This document shows positions 1 through 8,558 of a DNA stretch of 64,000 bases, piece after piece. This DNA comes from an uncultured bacterium (GTDB lineage: Bacteria; Chlamydiota; Chlamydiia; Chlamydiales; Rhabdochlamydiaceae): contig CAYTOK010000006.1 of the NCBI GenBank assembly GCA_964439595.1, positions 6,713 to 70,712 of the forward strand, read 5' to 3'. The notes under the pieces are model-generated. The model saw nothing but the letters and a program-made list of their open reading frames with translations, was not told the origin of the DNA and did no database searches. Positions within the stretch are counted from its first letter, which is position 1. Every line of letters starts with the position of its first letter. The translations under genes and the position numbers were made by a program.

Positions 1-1564
1 TAATCCCATCTCCAAACATAGCAACTACTTTATATTCTTTAGCCAATTCACTAACTGCTTTGGCTTTATCTTCAGGGAGAAGATTTGCTTTAACCTGTTT
101 TATACCAATAGCTTTTGCTATGGAGTTTGCTGCAGTAAAATTATCTCCTGTTAGCATAACAGAGGTCACCCCTAAAGAAAAGAGTTTAGCAATTAATTCT
201 GCACTATCCGATCTTACCTCATCTTGCAAAGCAATAATTCCATCCACTCCCTCATGTGTACTTATAACAATGACTGTTTTACCTTGACCTTGGAGCTCTT
301 CTATTTTTTGCACAATCTCTTCTGGAACCTCATGCTCTTCCAAGATAAATTCGAGCTTACCGATGCAATGGTGTTTTTCATCACAAACAAGACAATCTGC
401 TTTAGCCCCCTTTCCAACAATGCTCTCAAAATTTTCTATTTGATGTAGTGTGAACTGCTCTTTATTGGCTGACTCTAAAATACTTTTAGCTAAGGGATGT
501 TCAGAAAACGCCTCAATTCCAGCAGCGCAACTAAGAAGCTCTTCTTTTGTTCCTTTCCCAAAAGGAATGATATCAGTAACGATAGGCTCTCCATAAGTCA
601 AAGTACGTGTTTTATCTAAAGCTATCGCCTTAATCTGACCTATGATTTCTAGATATTTCCCTCCCTTTATAAGCGCTCCGACAGATGAAGCATTGCCAAT
701 TGCCGAGAAAATAGAAATAGGAGTAGAAATAACTAAAGCACAAGGACAAGCAATAACAAGCAAAATAATGGCCTGAGAAAAACCTTGATCAAACGGTCTT
801 TGCAATATAAGCCAAGGGAAAAGTGTCCAAATAAGAGCTAGTAAGATAATGCCTGGCGTGTAATATCTAGAGAATTTTTCGATGAATTTTTGTGTTTCAG
901 ACTTATTTTTGAAGGCATTAAAAGTCAGCTCTTTTATTTTAGCAAGGGTTGAGTCAGAAGAAATTTTAGTGACTGCAACCTCTAAAAATCCTTGTTTATT
1001 GACAGTGCCCGCAAAAACTAGGTCCCCTTCTCTTTTATCTTTAGCTATAGGCTCCCCCGTTATAGCTGCCTCATCAACAAAAGACACTCCCGAAATAACA
1101 GTTCCATCCAAAGGGATTATAGCAAAAGGCTTAACAAGCATAATCTGCCCAATTTGTACCTGATCGACAGGCACTTCCTCTGACTTATCTTTAATTTTTA
1201 CCATCTTGGGCATTTTATTAATTAGCTGGTCTATAGCTGACCTGCTCTTGGCAATCCCCATGTCTTCTAGCCTTTCAGCTAAGGTAAATAAAACAATAAC
1301 AATAGCTCCTTCTGGGTATTCTTTTAGATAAAAGGCTCCGGATACAGCTATAAGCATAAGGGCATTAATATTTCTAAAATTCAAATCAAGTAAAGACTGA
1401 AATCCATGCCAAAGCGTCTTATATCCAAAAAGAAAAGTAAAAATAATAAAGAAAGGCAAGGCTATTTGATCAGGTAAACGGATACCCGCTAAAGATAAGA
1501 ATTCAAAAATAGCTACAAAAACCGCACCACAACCAAGCCAAATAAGCTTTGATTCTTTCCACAT
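1..1564 (-). CDS. P1B-type (heavy-metal) P-type ATPase, C-terminal part cut off by the window edge
   Basis: The ORF track omits it because the frame runs off the left edge. My reverse-strand translation from the ATG (complement of 1562-1564) gives MWKESKLIWLGCGAVFVAIF..., a TM-rich N-terminus without an HMA domain. Motifs seen: LFTLAERLEDMGIAKSRSAIDQL, ITGEP actuator motif, LLVIACPCALVISTP (CPC), IALDKTRTLTYGEP phosphorylation loop, MLTGDN, and VAMFGDGI(N) at positions 1-25. Confidence 0.85.
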   Translation of the reverse strand, partial: MWKESKLIWLGCGAVFVAIFEFLSLAGIRLPDQIALPFFIIFTFLFGYKTLWHGFQSLLDLNFRNINALMLIAVSGAFYLKEYPEGAIVIVLFTLAERLEDMGIAKSRSAIDQLINKMPKMVKIKDKSEEVPVDQVQIGQIMLVKPFAIIPLDGTVISGVSFVDEAAITGEPIAKDKREGDLVFAGTVNKQGFLEVAVTKISSDSTLAKIKELTFNAFKNKSETQKFIEKFSRYYTPGIILLALIWTLFPWLILQRPFDQGFSQAIILLVIACPCALVISTPISIFSAIGNASSVGALIKGGKYLEIIGQIKAIALDKTRTLTYGEPIVTDIIPFGKGTKEELLSCAAGIEAFSEHPLAKSILESANKEQFTLHQIENFESIVGKGAKADCLVCDEKHHCIGKLEFILEEHEVPEEIVQKIEELQGQGKTVIVISTHEGVDGIIALQDEVRSDSAELIAKLFSLGVTSVMLTGDNFTAANSIAKAIGIKQVKANLLPEDKAKAVSELAKEYKVVAMFGDGI

Positions 1565-1642
1565 AAACCACCCTCTCTTAAGTCATAGTAAATCGGAAGA
1601 TGACAAATAAAAAATTTATCATCAAGGAAAGAAGTTATTTTC

Positions 1643-1936
1643 TTAGATTTTTTGTGCTATTTCGAGTTTTACTAAAATCTCTTTTTTATAAGAAGACACT
1701 CCATAAAGGAAAACTTCTCCAAGATATCCGGAGTTTCGCAACTGAGACGTATACTCTTTAGCTTTAATCTGTGTAAGAGCCTCGTTTGCTAAAGAATCTA
1801 ACTCCTCTTGTTTTCCTTTTTTAAATTCAAGTATAACGCCTTTATTAAGAGAAGAGTGTTGCAATTTAGGACAAAGTATAATGTCGTAGCGTCCATAACC
1901 TGATTCCAAATTAGATGTTACAACAAAAGTTTTTTC
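1643..1936 (-). pseudogene. 3' remnant of an AAA-ATPase-like / PD-(D/E)XK (PDDEXK_9-type) gene, paralog of 41466..43193
   Basis: EKTFVVTSNLESGYGRYDIILCPK..GVILEFKKGKQEELDSLANEALTQIKAKEYTSQL aligns with the last ~95 aa of the full-length ORF (EKTHEVKSNRESGYGRYDVCLIPK..GIVIEFKKTKKGISLKDTAKEALKQIEEKNYVAEL). The ~480 N-terminal residues are absent and an in-frame TGA lies at 1967-1969 (minus strand). Confidence 0.7.
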
Positions 1937-2073
1937 TTTTGATATTCTTTTGTTTCTCCATCCATTTCACGATTCCTGAATTAAAGCTTTTTTATAATCG
2001 CATTTATGAGCCCTAGTATTCCCCATAAAAACGAACTTTGCAAGGGAAAATAAACACTTTAGAACAAAAACCT

Positions 2074-2103
2074 TTGACAAAAAGAATCTCCCTTTTGCAT
2101 AAT
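2074..2103 (+). promoter_or_regulatory. sigma70-like promoter of tRNA-Leu
   Basis: TTGACA (2074-2079), 18-nt spacer, CATAAT (2098-2103). The -10 element ends 9 nt before the mature tRNA 5' end. Confidence 0.5.
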
Positions 2104-2112
2104 GTTTTATCT

Positions 2113-2194
<82 letters not shown>

Positions 2195-2197
2195 AAA

Positions 2198-2230
2198 AAC
2201 TTAGGTGATTTTTTTAAAGTCACCTAAGTT
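2198..2230 (+). terminator. Intrinsic terminator hairpin after tRNA-Leu
   Basis: An 11-bp perfect stem AACTTAGGTGA / TCACCTAAGTT with an 11-nt loop, followed by ACTTTTCTTT. Confidence 0.6.
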
Positions 2231-2350
2231 ACTTTTCTTTATGCTTTACTTTAAAAGATCCCACTTTTCACATGTAAACTAACTTCTAGGAAAAAATACA
2301 GAAATTTTGCATGATAAAATTTTTACACGCTTTTTAAGGGAGCCTCTTCG

Positions 2351-2965
2351 TTGGAAAAACCATACAAAGCCATTTTTTTTGACATGCAAAATGTACTTTT
2401 CTACTTTGATAGTAAGAAAATGCATAGACAAATAGCTAATTATTGCCAAATTGAAGAAGTTGAAGTGGTAGCGCTTCTTCAAAAGACAAAATGGGGAGAG
2501 CTCTACGAAAAAGGGGAGATCGATAGCAGGACTTTGTTTCACTATCTACCCCCTCACATCCAAGGAAGTCAAGGTTTTGTCGGTTGGTTTGAAGCTATCT
2601 CTAATGTTTTTGAACCAAACGATCTTATTACTCCCATAATCAAAAAGCTTAAGCAAACAAACATTCCCCTCTTTGTTTGTTCTAACGCATGTGAAGCGCA
2701 TTTTAGTTATGCTTACACGCATTTTCCTTGCTTGCATTTGTTCGATGGGTACATACTTTCTTATGAAATAAAAGCAAGAAAACCGGAAGAAAAAATGTAC
2801 TACTGCGCTTTGGAAAAAGCAAAAACCACTAAAGACAACTCCCTCTTTATAGAGGGGGTCAGTGAATACGCTGAAAAAGCGCATTCACTCGGTCTTGACA
2901 GCGAACTATATATTACCCCAGAAACGCTAAAAAATGAGCTTGTAAAACGAGAAATATTAAACTAA
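2351..2965 (+). CDS. HAD-superfamily hydrolase (YihX-like subfamily IA)
   Basis: 204 aa with a TTG start in the track. Motif I-like is IFFDMQNVLFYFD (compare the DLGNV type of YihX). Also present: FVCSNA (motif II region) and ARKPEEKMY (motif III Lys). Motif IV is atypical (LFIEGVSEYAE). Confidence 0.65.
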   Translation: MEKPYKAIFFDMQNVLFYFDSKKMHRQIANYCQIEEVEVVALLQKTKWGELYEKGEIDSRTLFHYLPPHIQGSQGFVGWFEAISNVFEPNDLITPIIKKLKQTNIPLFVCSNACEAHFSYAYTHFPCLHLFDGYILSYEIKARKPEEKMYYCALEKAKTTKDNSLFIEGVSEYAEKAHSLGLDSELYITPETLKNELVKREILN

Positions 2966-2972
2966 GGGCCTA

Positions 2973-5054
2973 ATGGAAAAAAAACCAACCGAACAAACGC
3001 CGAAAAAAACAGCTAAAAAACCGCATAAAAAACCATTCAAAAAATACAAGAAAAAGTCTAGTAAAAAGCCAGATGTGGTAGTGACTACAATCGAAACTTC
3101 AAAGTCTACACTTCCTATATTCACAGGGATTTTACGAATGAATCAACGAGGATTTGGTTTTGTAATAGCCCAGGATCAAAAAAGATTTCCCGAAGATGCC
3201 TTTATTGCAAAGCACCTAACAGGCACCGCTATTGATGGAGACCTTGTTGAAGTGGAACTGTTTCCTGAAAGCAAAAAAGACAAAGGACCTGAAGGTAAAA
3301 TCATCGGTATTTTGGAAAGAGGCAGATCTCACTTAGGAGGGATTGTCCGCTTTATAGAGTCCGGAAAAGCTATTATTTACTCCCCTCTTCTAGGTCCAAA
3401 CAAGCAAATAACGGCTATTTACAAAGAAGATTCTCCTCTAAAAATAGGTGATAGGGTTATTGTAAAAATAGAAGATTGGGGAAGTCACAATAAGCCGATC
3501 CTCTCTGAAATTACACAAATTCTAGGTCCTATCACAGATCCCTCTATTGATGTTATTGCAGCTGCTGAAGAGTTTCAAATTGCTAGAGCCTTTTCTAAAG
3601 AAGTTATCAATGAAGCAAAATCTTTTGGAGACAGAGTTTCCTCTAAAGACTGCAAGGGTCGTCTAGACCTTTCAAAAACAGAGTGTTTTACTATAGACCC
3701 GACAACAGCTAGAGATTTTGACGATGCACTATCCCTTTTTAAAGATGATAAAGGATTTTATCAATTGGGTGTACACATTGCAGATGTAGCCCATTATGTA
3801 AAACCGGGAACAGCGCTTGATATTGAAGCAGAAAGACGCTCTAATTCCACCTATTTTCCAGGAGCCTGCCTTCCTATGATTCCGGAAGAGCTCTCTAATA
3901 ACTTATGCAGTTTAAAACCCAAGGTAATACGCCTTTGCATCTCTGTCCTTATGACTTTTTCTCCTAAAGGAGACCTGTTACATCATGATATCCAAAGAAG
4001 TTTTATCAAAAGCGCTAAAAGATTCACCTATGAAGAAGCTAAAAAAGTTCTTGATGCAAAAAAAACAAGTAAATACAAGCCTACTTTAGAGCTTATGGTG
4101 GAGCTTTGCAGGCTTTTAAAACAAAAAAGAAGCGAAAGAGGAAGTATAGACTTTTCTTTACCTGAAATTGTCTTAGATGTCACCCCAGAAGGAGATCCTT
4201 ACTCCTTCCACCTTGTTGAATACGATATTACCCACCAGTTAGTAGAAGAATATATGTTAAAAGCCAATGAGGTTGTAGCTAAAAACTTGAGTTTGAATGG
4301 GCAGGATTTGATTTTTAGAGTGCACGATGAACCTGCAGAGGAAACAAGGGAAGATTTTTTTGCTATGGCCAGGTCTTTGGGTTTTACTTTACCACCCAAG
4401 CCCGAAAATACAGACATTCAAAGGCTGTTTGAAAGCGCAAAAAGCACTCCTTTTGCAGAGCAGCTTTCTATTGCCTTTATTAGAAGCATGAAACTTGCTA
4501 GCTACTCTTCAGATAACATAGGACATTTTGGACTATCCTTAGACGAGTACTGCCATTTTACCAGCCCTATTAGAAGATACCCCGACCTTATCATTCAAAG
4601 ACTCCTTTGTGGGGAACATGACAGCTCTAAAAATGTACAAACAATAGCAGAAGGCTGCTCAGCTAAAGAGAGAGTAAGTTTTAAAGCAGAGCAGAGTGTA
4701 AAGACACTCAAAAAATTACGTCTTTTAAAAAAGTGGCACGATGAAGACCCTGAAAGGGTCTATAATTGCCGTATCACAAAAATAAAACCTTTTAGCATAT
4801 TTTTTGAGTTAAGCTCGCTTGGTATAGAAAGCTCTTTCCACGTATCTGAAATCGGTGGAGACTACTTTGTGCATGAGCCCACGAAAAACTGCTTTCTCGG
4901 GACTAGAACTCACGTTCGCTTCTGCGTTGGAGATACTATTCAAGCTAGAATCAGTTCCTTAGATCTAGTTATTTTAGAAGTGATGTGGGAGAGAGTATAC
5001 GAAAATAGCAGATCTTCTTCTAGAGATCAAAAAAAGAAAAGGCGTAGGCGTTAA
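2973..5054 (+). CDS. rnr: Ribonuclease R (RNB-family 3'-5' exoribonuclease)
   Basis: 693 aa. Lys-rich N-terminal tail. RNB motifs IDPTTARDFDDALS and HFGLSLDEYCHFTSPIRRYPDLIIQR. S1-like C-terminal domain and a basic tail KKKRRRR. Confidence 0.93.
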   Translation: MEKKPTEQTPKKTAKKPHKKPFKKYKKKSSKKPDVVVTTIETSKSTLPIFTGILRMNQRGFGFVIAQDQKRFPEDAFIAKHLTGTAIDGDLVEVELFPESKKDKGPEGKIIGILERGRSHLGGIVRFIESGKAIIYSPLLGPNKQITAIYKEDSPLKIGDRVIVKIEDWGSHNKPILSEITQILGPITDPSIDVIAAAEEFQIARAFSKEVINEAKSFGDRVSSKDCKGRLDLSKTECFTIDPTTARDFDDALSLFKDDKGFYQLGVHIADVAHYVKPGTALDIEAERRSNSTYFPGACLPMIPEELSNNLCSLKPKVIRLCISVLMTFSPKGDLLHHDIQRSFIKSAKRFTYEEAKKVLDAKKTSKYKPTLELMVELCRLLKQKRSERGSIDFSLPEIVLDVTPEGDPYSFHLVEYDITHQLVEEYMLKANEVVAKNLSLNGQDLIFRVHDEPAEETREDFFAMARSLGFTLPPKPENTDIQRLFESAKSTPFAEQLSIAFIRSMKLASYSSDNIGHFGLSLDEYCHFTSPIRRYPDLIIQRLLCGEHDSSKNVQTIAEGCSAKERVSFKAEQSVKTLKKLRLLKKWHDEDPERVYNCRITKIKPFSIFFELSSLGIESSFHVSEIGGDYFVHEPTKNCFLGTRTHVRFCVGDTIQARISSLDLVILEVMWERVYENSRSSSRDQKKKRRRR

Positions 5055-5129
5055 TTTTTTCTCTTGAAAAGAGCCTCCCATATATGTACTCTGATTCCTA
5101 AAACCATTTACTTAGAGGGGCGAGGAGCT

Positions 5130-5783
5130 ATGAAAAAATATTTCCTTACAGGATTAGTTCTCCTACTTCCTGTAGCAGTCACGATCGTTGTTATTTTTTT
5201 TCTTGTGAATTTTTTTACACAACCTTTTATAGGCTTAACTTCAGAAATTATTCATAAATTAAACCTATTCTCTGGTGGATTTCTTTTTTTAAGCCAGGAA
5301 CAGGTTATTCAATATGGGAGCCGCATTTTAATTCTAGCTATTTTATTTTTGGCAACAGTCTTGCTTGGAATTTTCACAAGATGGTTTTTAATTAATAGCT
5401 TATTCAAAGTCTGCGATAAAATTCTTCATAGAATCCCTTTAATAAATACAGTATATAAAACTTCCCAAGAGATCATTAAAACGCTTTTTGTTTCTGACAA
5501 AAACTCATTTAAACAAGTAGTTATGGTACCTTTCCCGAGGCCAGGAGTGTATGCTATAGGTCTCATATCTAGAGAATCCCCTGCTATCTGCAGCCAAGTT
5601 GCAGGAGAGCCCCTTACCTCTGTTCTTATTCCTACAACACCTAATCCTACAACAGGGTTTCTCATCATGTTCAAAAAAGAAGAAATCATTCTCCTTGATA
5701 TGAAACCGGAAGAAGCCATTAAGTACATTGTATCTTGCGGCGTTATTTTACCAGGAGAAAAGCCTCCTATAAGCCCAATTTAA
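5130..5783 (+). CDS. DUF502-family membrane protein (copy 1)
   Basis: The track ORF is 5064..5783. I prefer the ATG at 5130, with GAGGAG upstream and N-terminus MKKYFLTGLVLLLPVAVT. Two N-terminal TM segments, then IPLINTVYKTSQEI, IPTTPNPTTGFL and VSCGV motifs. Confidence 0.75.
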   Translation: MKKYFLTGLVLLLPVAVTIVVIFFLVNFFTQPFIGLTSEIIHKLNLFSGGFLFLSQEQVIQYGSRILILAILFLATVLLGIFTRWFLINSLFKVCDKILHRIPLINTVYKTSQEIIKTLFVSDKNSFKQVVMVPFPRPGVYAIGLISRESPAICSQVAGEPLTSVLIPTTPNPTTGFLIMFKKEEIILLDMKPEEAIKYIVSCGVILPGEKPPISPI

Positions 5784-5790
5784 GGTTTCT

Positions 5791-6438
5791 GTGAAAAAAT
5801 ACTGCCTTATGGGAATTGTTTCCCTACTGCCTGTTGTTATTTCCTTTCTAATTGTTATCTGGGTTATAGAGCTTTTGACAGCTCCATTTATGTCTATCAC
5901 CGAAAACTTATTAACCCATGTCCATTTTCTAGAAAAAGAGCCCAGATTAATTATATTTATAAGCCGTATTTTAGTAGTTGCATGTCTATTTATCTCAACA
6001 CTGGTTGTAGGGTGGCTTACAAACAAGTACTTATTTTCCTTTCTTCTACAAAAAATGCACGTATTTTTCTCTAAAATCCCCGGTTTTGGAGGCCTTTACA
6101 AGTTTTCTAAAGATCTAACAAAGGCTATTTTAAGCACGGAAAGTCCCCCTTTTCAGGGGACAGTACTCATTTCTTTTCCCAATAAAGAATCGTTAGCACT
6201 GGGACTTCTTATAGACCACATTCCCCCCTCTATTAAAAAAGCAGATAAGGGAATTGACGTTGCTGTTTTTGTGCCAACAGCTCCCCATCCTATTTCCGGT
6301 TTTATTCTTATGACAGCGAAAAATTATGTTTGTCCTGTAGATATGACAACAGAGGAAGTTTTTAAATTTATTATTTCTTGTGGAGTCGTTCCACCTGCTC
6401 GAACTGAAACGCCTTTATCGAGTACAAAACATGTCTAA
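5791..6438 (+). CDS. DUF502-family membrane protein (copy 2, tandem paralog)
   Basis: 215 aa with the same architecture as copy 1: LLPVVISFLIVIWV, KIPGFGGLYKFSKDL, VPTAPHPISGFIL, ISCGV. Confidence 0.75.
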   Translation: MKKYCLMGIVSLLPVVISFLIVIWVIELLTAPFMSITENLLTHVHFLEKEPRLIIFISRILVVACLFISTLVVGWLTNKYLFSFLLQKMHVFFSKIPGFGGLYKFSKDLTKAILSTESPPFQGTVLISFPNKESLALGLLIDHIPPSIKKADKGIDVAVFVPTAPHPISGFILMTAKNYVCPVDMTTEEVFKFIISCGVVPPARTETPLSSTKHV

Positions 6439-6853
6439 AACGCAAGTTATCTTCTATACAGTGCAAAACTCCGTGTCAAAAATAAATGCTCTTATAAAGC
6501 AAGTAGATAAGCATTTATTAGAAAAAGAAAAACTAAAAATTGTTGTCCCTGATAGAGAAACCCTAACCTTTGTAGAAAAAATCCTTTGGGGACAGCCTAA
6601 AGAAAGCTTCCGTCCCCACTCTATAAATATACCACTGCTTCACCAAGATCTTCTTTTAATTACCTTAGAGGCCCCCTCTAACGATAATTACTCTATTATT
6701 TTTAACCTTTGCCAAACTCCTTATATTTCCACTTTCCCGGTTAAACTTATTTATGAGCTAGAGGATGTAAGTCACCCTCAAAAAGCAGCTGTCTTCCGTA
6801 AAAAATTTCAAATGTATCAAAAAGAAGGCTTTACCATTTCCTCAGGAATCTGA
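6431..6853 (+). CDS. holC: DNA polymerase III chi subunit
   Basis: 140 aa from the ATG at 6431, an 8-nt overlap with the upstream stop. VIFYTV..., ETLTFVEKILWGQPKESFRPHS (the LW..ESF.PH core of HolC), and C-terminal FRKKFQMYQKEGF, similar to E. coli HolC. Confidence 0.72.
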   Translation: MSKTQVIFYTVQNSVSKINALIKQVDKHLLEKEKLKIVVPDRETLTFVEKILWGQPKESFRPHSINIPLLHQDLLLITLEAPSNDNYSIIFNLCQTPYISTFPVKLIYELEDVSHPQKAAVFRKKFQMYQKEGFTISSGI

Positions 6854-6892
6854 CGCAATAAAGAGCCTGCTGAAAATAGACGTTGTAAACGA

Positions 6893-7429
6893 CTAACTCT
6901 CAGCTAGCAGTTTAGCTTCAAGAGCCTTTAGAATCGGATCTATTTTTTTGCGACGGCTTTTAGCTATTCTATCAATGAATAGCACACCGTTTAAATGATC
7001 ACTCTCATGCATACGTACTCTAGCATTATAACCGGTAAGCTCTTCTTGAAATCGATTGCCATCTAAATCCATGGCTTCAATGACTATCTGATAGGGCCGT
7101 ACCACCTTTTCTCGAATCCCCGGTATGGAAAGACATCCTTCCGTTTCTGTAACAGTTTCTTTACTACAGCTTAGTATTTTAGAGTTAATATATACTTGAT
7201 AGTTAGAGGAAAGGGCGCTTTCCCCTCCCTCTAACTCTATGTAATTTCGTAAGACGAAAATACGTAAAAGAGATCCTACCTGAGGAGCTGCTATACCAAT
7301 TCCTTTAGCAGCATCCATTGTTTCAACCATATTTTGGATAAGCTCTCGAATTTCAGGAGTTATCACTTCTACATTTTGACATTTGGTTCGTAAGGTTTTA
7401 CTGCCATATTTTACAACAGAAAGAATCAT
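6893..7429 (-). CDS. def: Peptide deformylase
   Basis: 178 aa. The three PDF motifs are present: GIGIAAPQVG, EGCLSIPG, HESDHLNG. Confidence 0.95.
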   Translation of the reverse strand: MILSVVKYGSKTLRTKCQNVEVITPEIRELIQNMVETMDAAKGIGIAAPQVGSLLRIFVLRNYIELEGGESALSSNYQVYINSKILSCSKETVTETEGCLSIPGIREKVVRPYQIVIEAMDLDGNRFQEELTGYNARVRMHESDHLNGVLFIDRIAKSRRKKIDPILKALEAKLLAES

Positions 7430-7432
7430 TAC

Positions 7433-7720
7433 CTACTCCTCCACTTCTTCCATGGTATAAGGGATCGAAGATACTCCTTTAGAGCCAGCTTCTGACCAAA
7501 TGGAAAGCAAAATAGAAACAATAAGAAAACAAAGCGCAAGCCAGGCGGTGAATTTCTTTAAAACATCGGCTGTGGATGTCCCAAATAAAGAATCCCCGGC
7601 ATCACCACCAAAAGAAGCCCCGAATCCTAAACTTTTACTTTCTTGAATTAAGATAGCAAAACAAAGAACTACACATAAAAAAAGAAAGAGAGAAATACTA
7701 AAATAAAATAAAAAACCCAT
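7433..7720 (-). CDS. secG: Preprotein translocase subunit SecG
   Basis: 95 aa with two TM segments. LIQESKSLGFGASFGGDAGDSLFG signature. Lies immediately downstream of tpiA. Confidence 0.85.
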   Translation of the reverse strand: MGFLFYFSISLFLFLCVVLCFAILIQESKSLGFGASFGGDAGDSLFGTSTADVLKKFTAWLALCFLIVSILLSIWSEAGSKGVSSIPYTMEEVEE

Positions 7721-7731
7721 AATGATGTTCC

Positions 7732-8490
7732 TTATGAAGAGTGAATAATTTCTAAAAAACTAGCAGGATTTAAAGAAGCCCCTCCGACTAGGGCACCATC
7801 AATATTTTCCTTACTAAAAAATTGTTTGGAGTTCTCCGGATTTACGGAACCCCCATATAAAATAGGAATACGTTGTGCGAACTCTTTGTTAGAAAGAGCA
7901 CCTAATTTTTCTCGACAAATAAAGTGCATCTCTTCTGCAAGATCAGCTGAAGCACTTTTTCCTGTGCCTATAGCCCAAATAGGCTCGTAGGCGATAGTTA
8001 CCTTGAGCAACTCTTCTGGTGAAAAGTTTTGTAATGCATTAACAAGTTGCTCTTCAAGAGTTTTCTTAGCTTGGCCAGCTTCTCTTTGCTCCAAACTCTC
8101 ACCTACGCAAAGAATAGGATTTAAATGACAAGAAAGAGCCCTACTAATTTTTTTTCTAATTAGCTCATCACTTTCTTTAAAAAATTGGCGTCTTTCTGAG
8201 TGACCGATGATTGTAAAGCTTGCTCCAACATCCTTTACGAGGGACGCTGACACCTCCCCTGTAAAAGCACCAGAGAGCTCTTCATGGATATTTTGCGCAC
8301 CTATTTCAAGACAACTATTAAAGGACATGCTAGCCATAGCAGATAAAAGGGGATAAGGAACTGCCAATAAAACTCTAGAATGATTTTTAGAACGATTTTT
8401 GAGATAGGGAAAAATAAAATTAAGATATTCCTTAGCAAATTCTAAGGTTCCATGCATTTTCCAATTGCCTGCGATTATCTTTTCTCTCAT
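7732..8490 (-). CDS. tpiA: Triosephosphate isomerase
   Basis: Motifs AGNWKMHG, IGHSERR, AYEPIWAIGTG, YGGSV. I prefer the start MREKIIAGNWKMHG at 8490 over the 10-codon longer track ORF. Confidence 0.95.
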   Translation of the reverse strand: MREKIIAGNWKMHGTLEFAKEYLNFIFPYLKNRSKNHSRVLLAVPYPLLSAMASMSFNSCLEIGAQNIHEELSGAFTGEVSASLVKDVGASFTIIGHSERRQFFKESDELIRKKISRALSCHLNPILCVGESLEQREAGQAKKTLEEQLVNALQNFSPEELLKVTIAYEPIWAIGTGKSASADLAEEMHFICREKLGALSNKEFAQRIPILYGGSVNPENSKQFFSKENIDGALVGGASLNPASFLEIIHSS

Positions 8491-8558
8491 AATGGCTCCA
8501 AAAAAGGTAATCATAACCAACCCCCTCTCTTCAAGGCAAGAACTATTAAGGCTTTTTT

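Noticed and set aside
60-1163. Plus-strand ORFs (75, 74 and 93 aa) at the left end
   Set aside because: They lie antisense to the clearly coding P-type ATPase frame, which the track omits only because it runs off the edge.
2351-2965. Possible catalytically dead HAD hydrolase (motif I DMQNV lacks the second Asp)
   Set aside because: The YihX-type subfamily naturally has D-L-G-N-V at this position, so the deviation is family-typical. Motif IV is atypical, but that is not enough to call it inactive.
5055-5080. Short CTCTT-GAA-AAGAG hairpin after rnr as a terminator
   Set aside because: The stem is only 5 bp, and the next gene starts about 50 nt later on the same strand. Read-through into the DUF502 genes is more likely.
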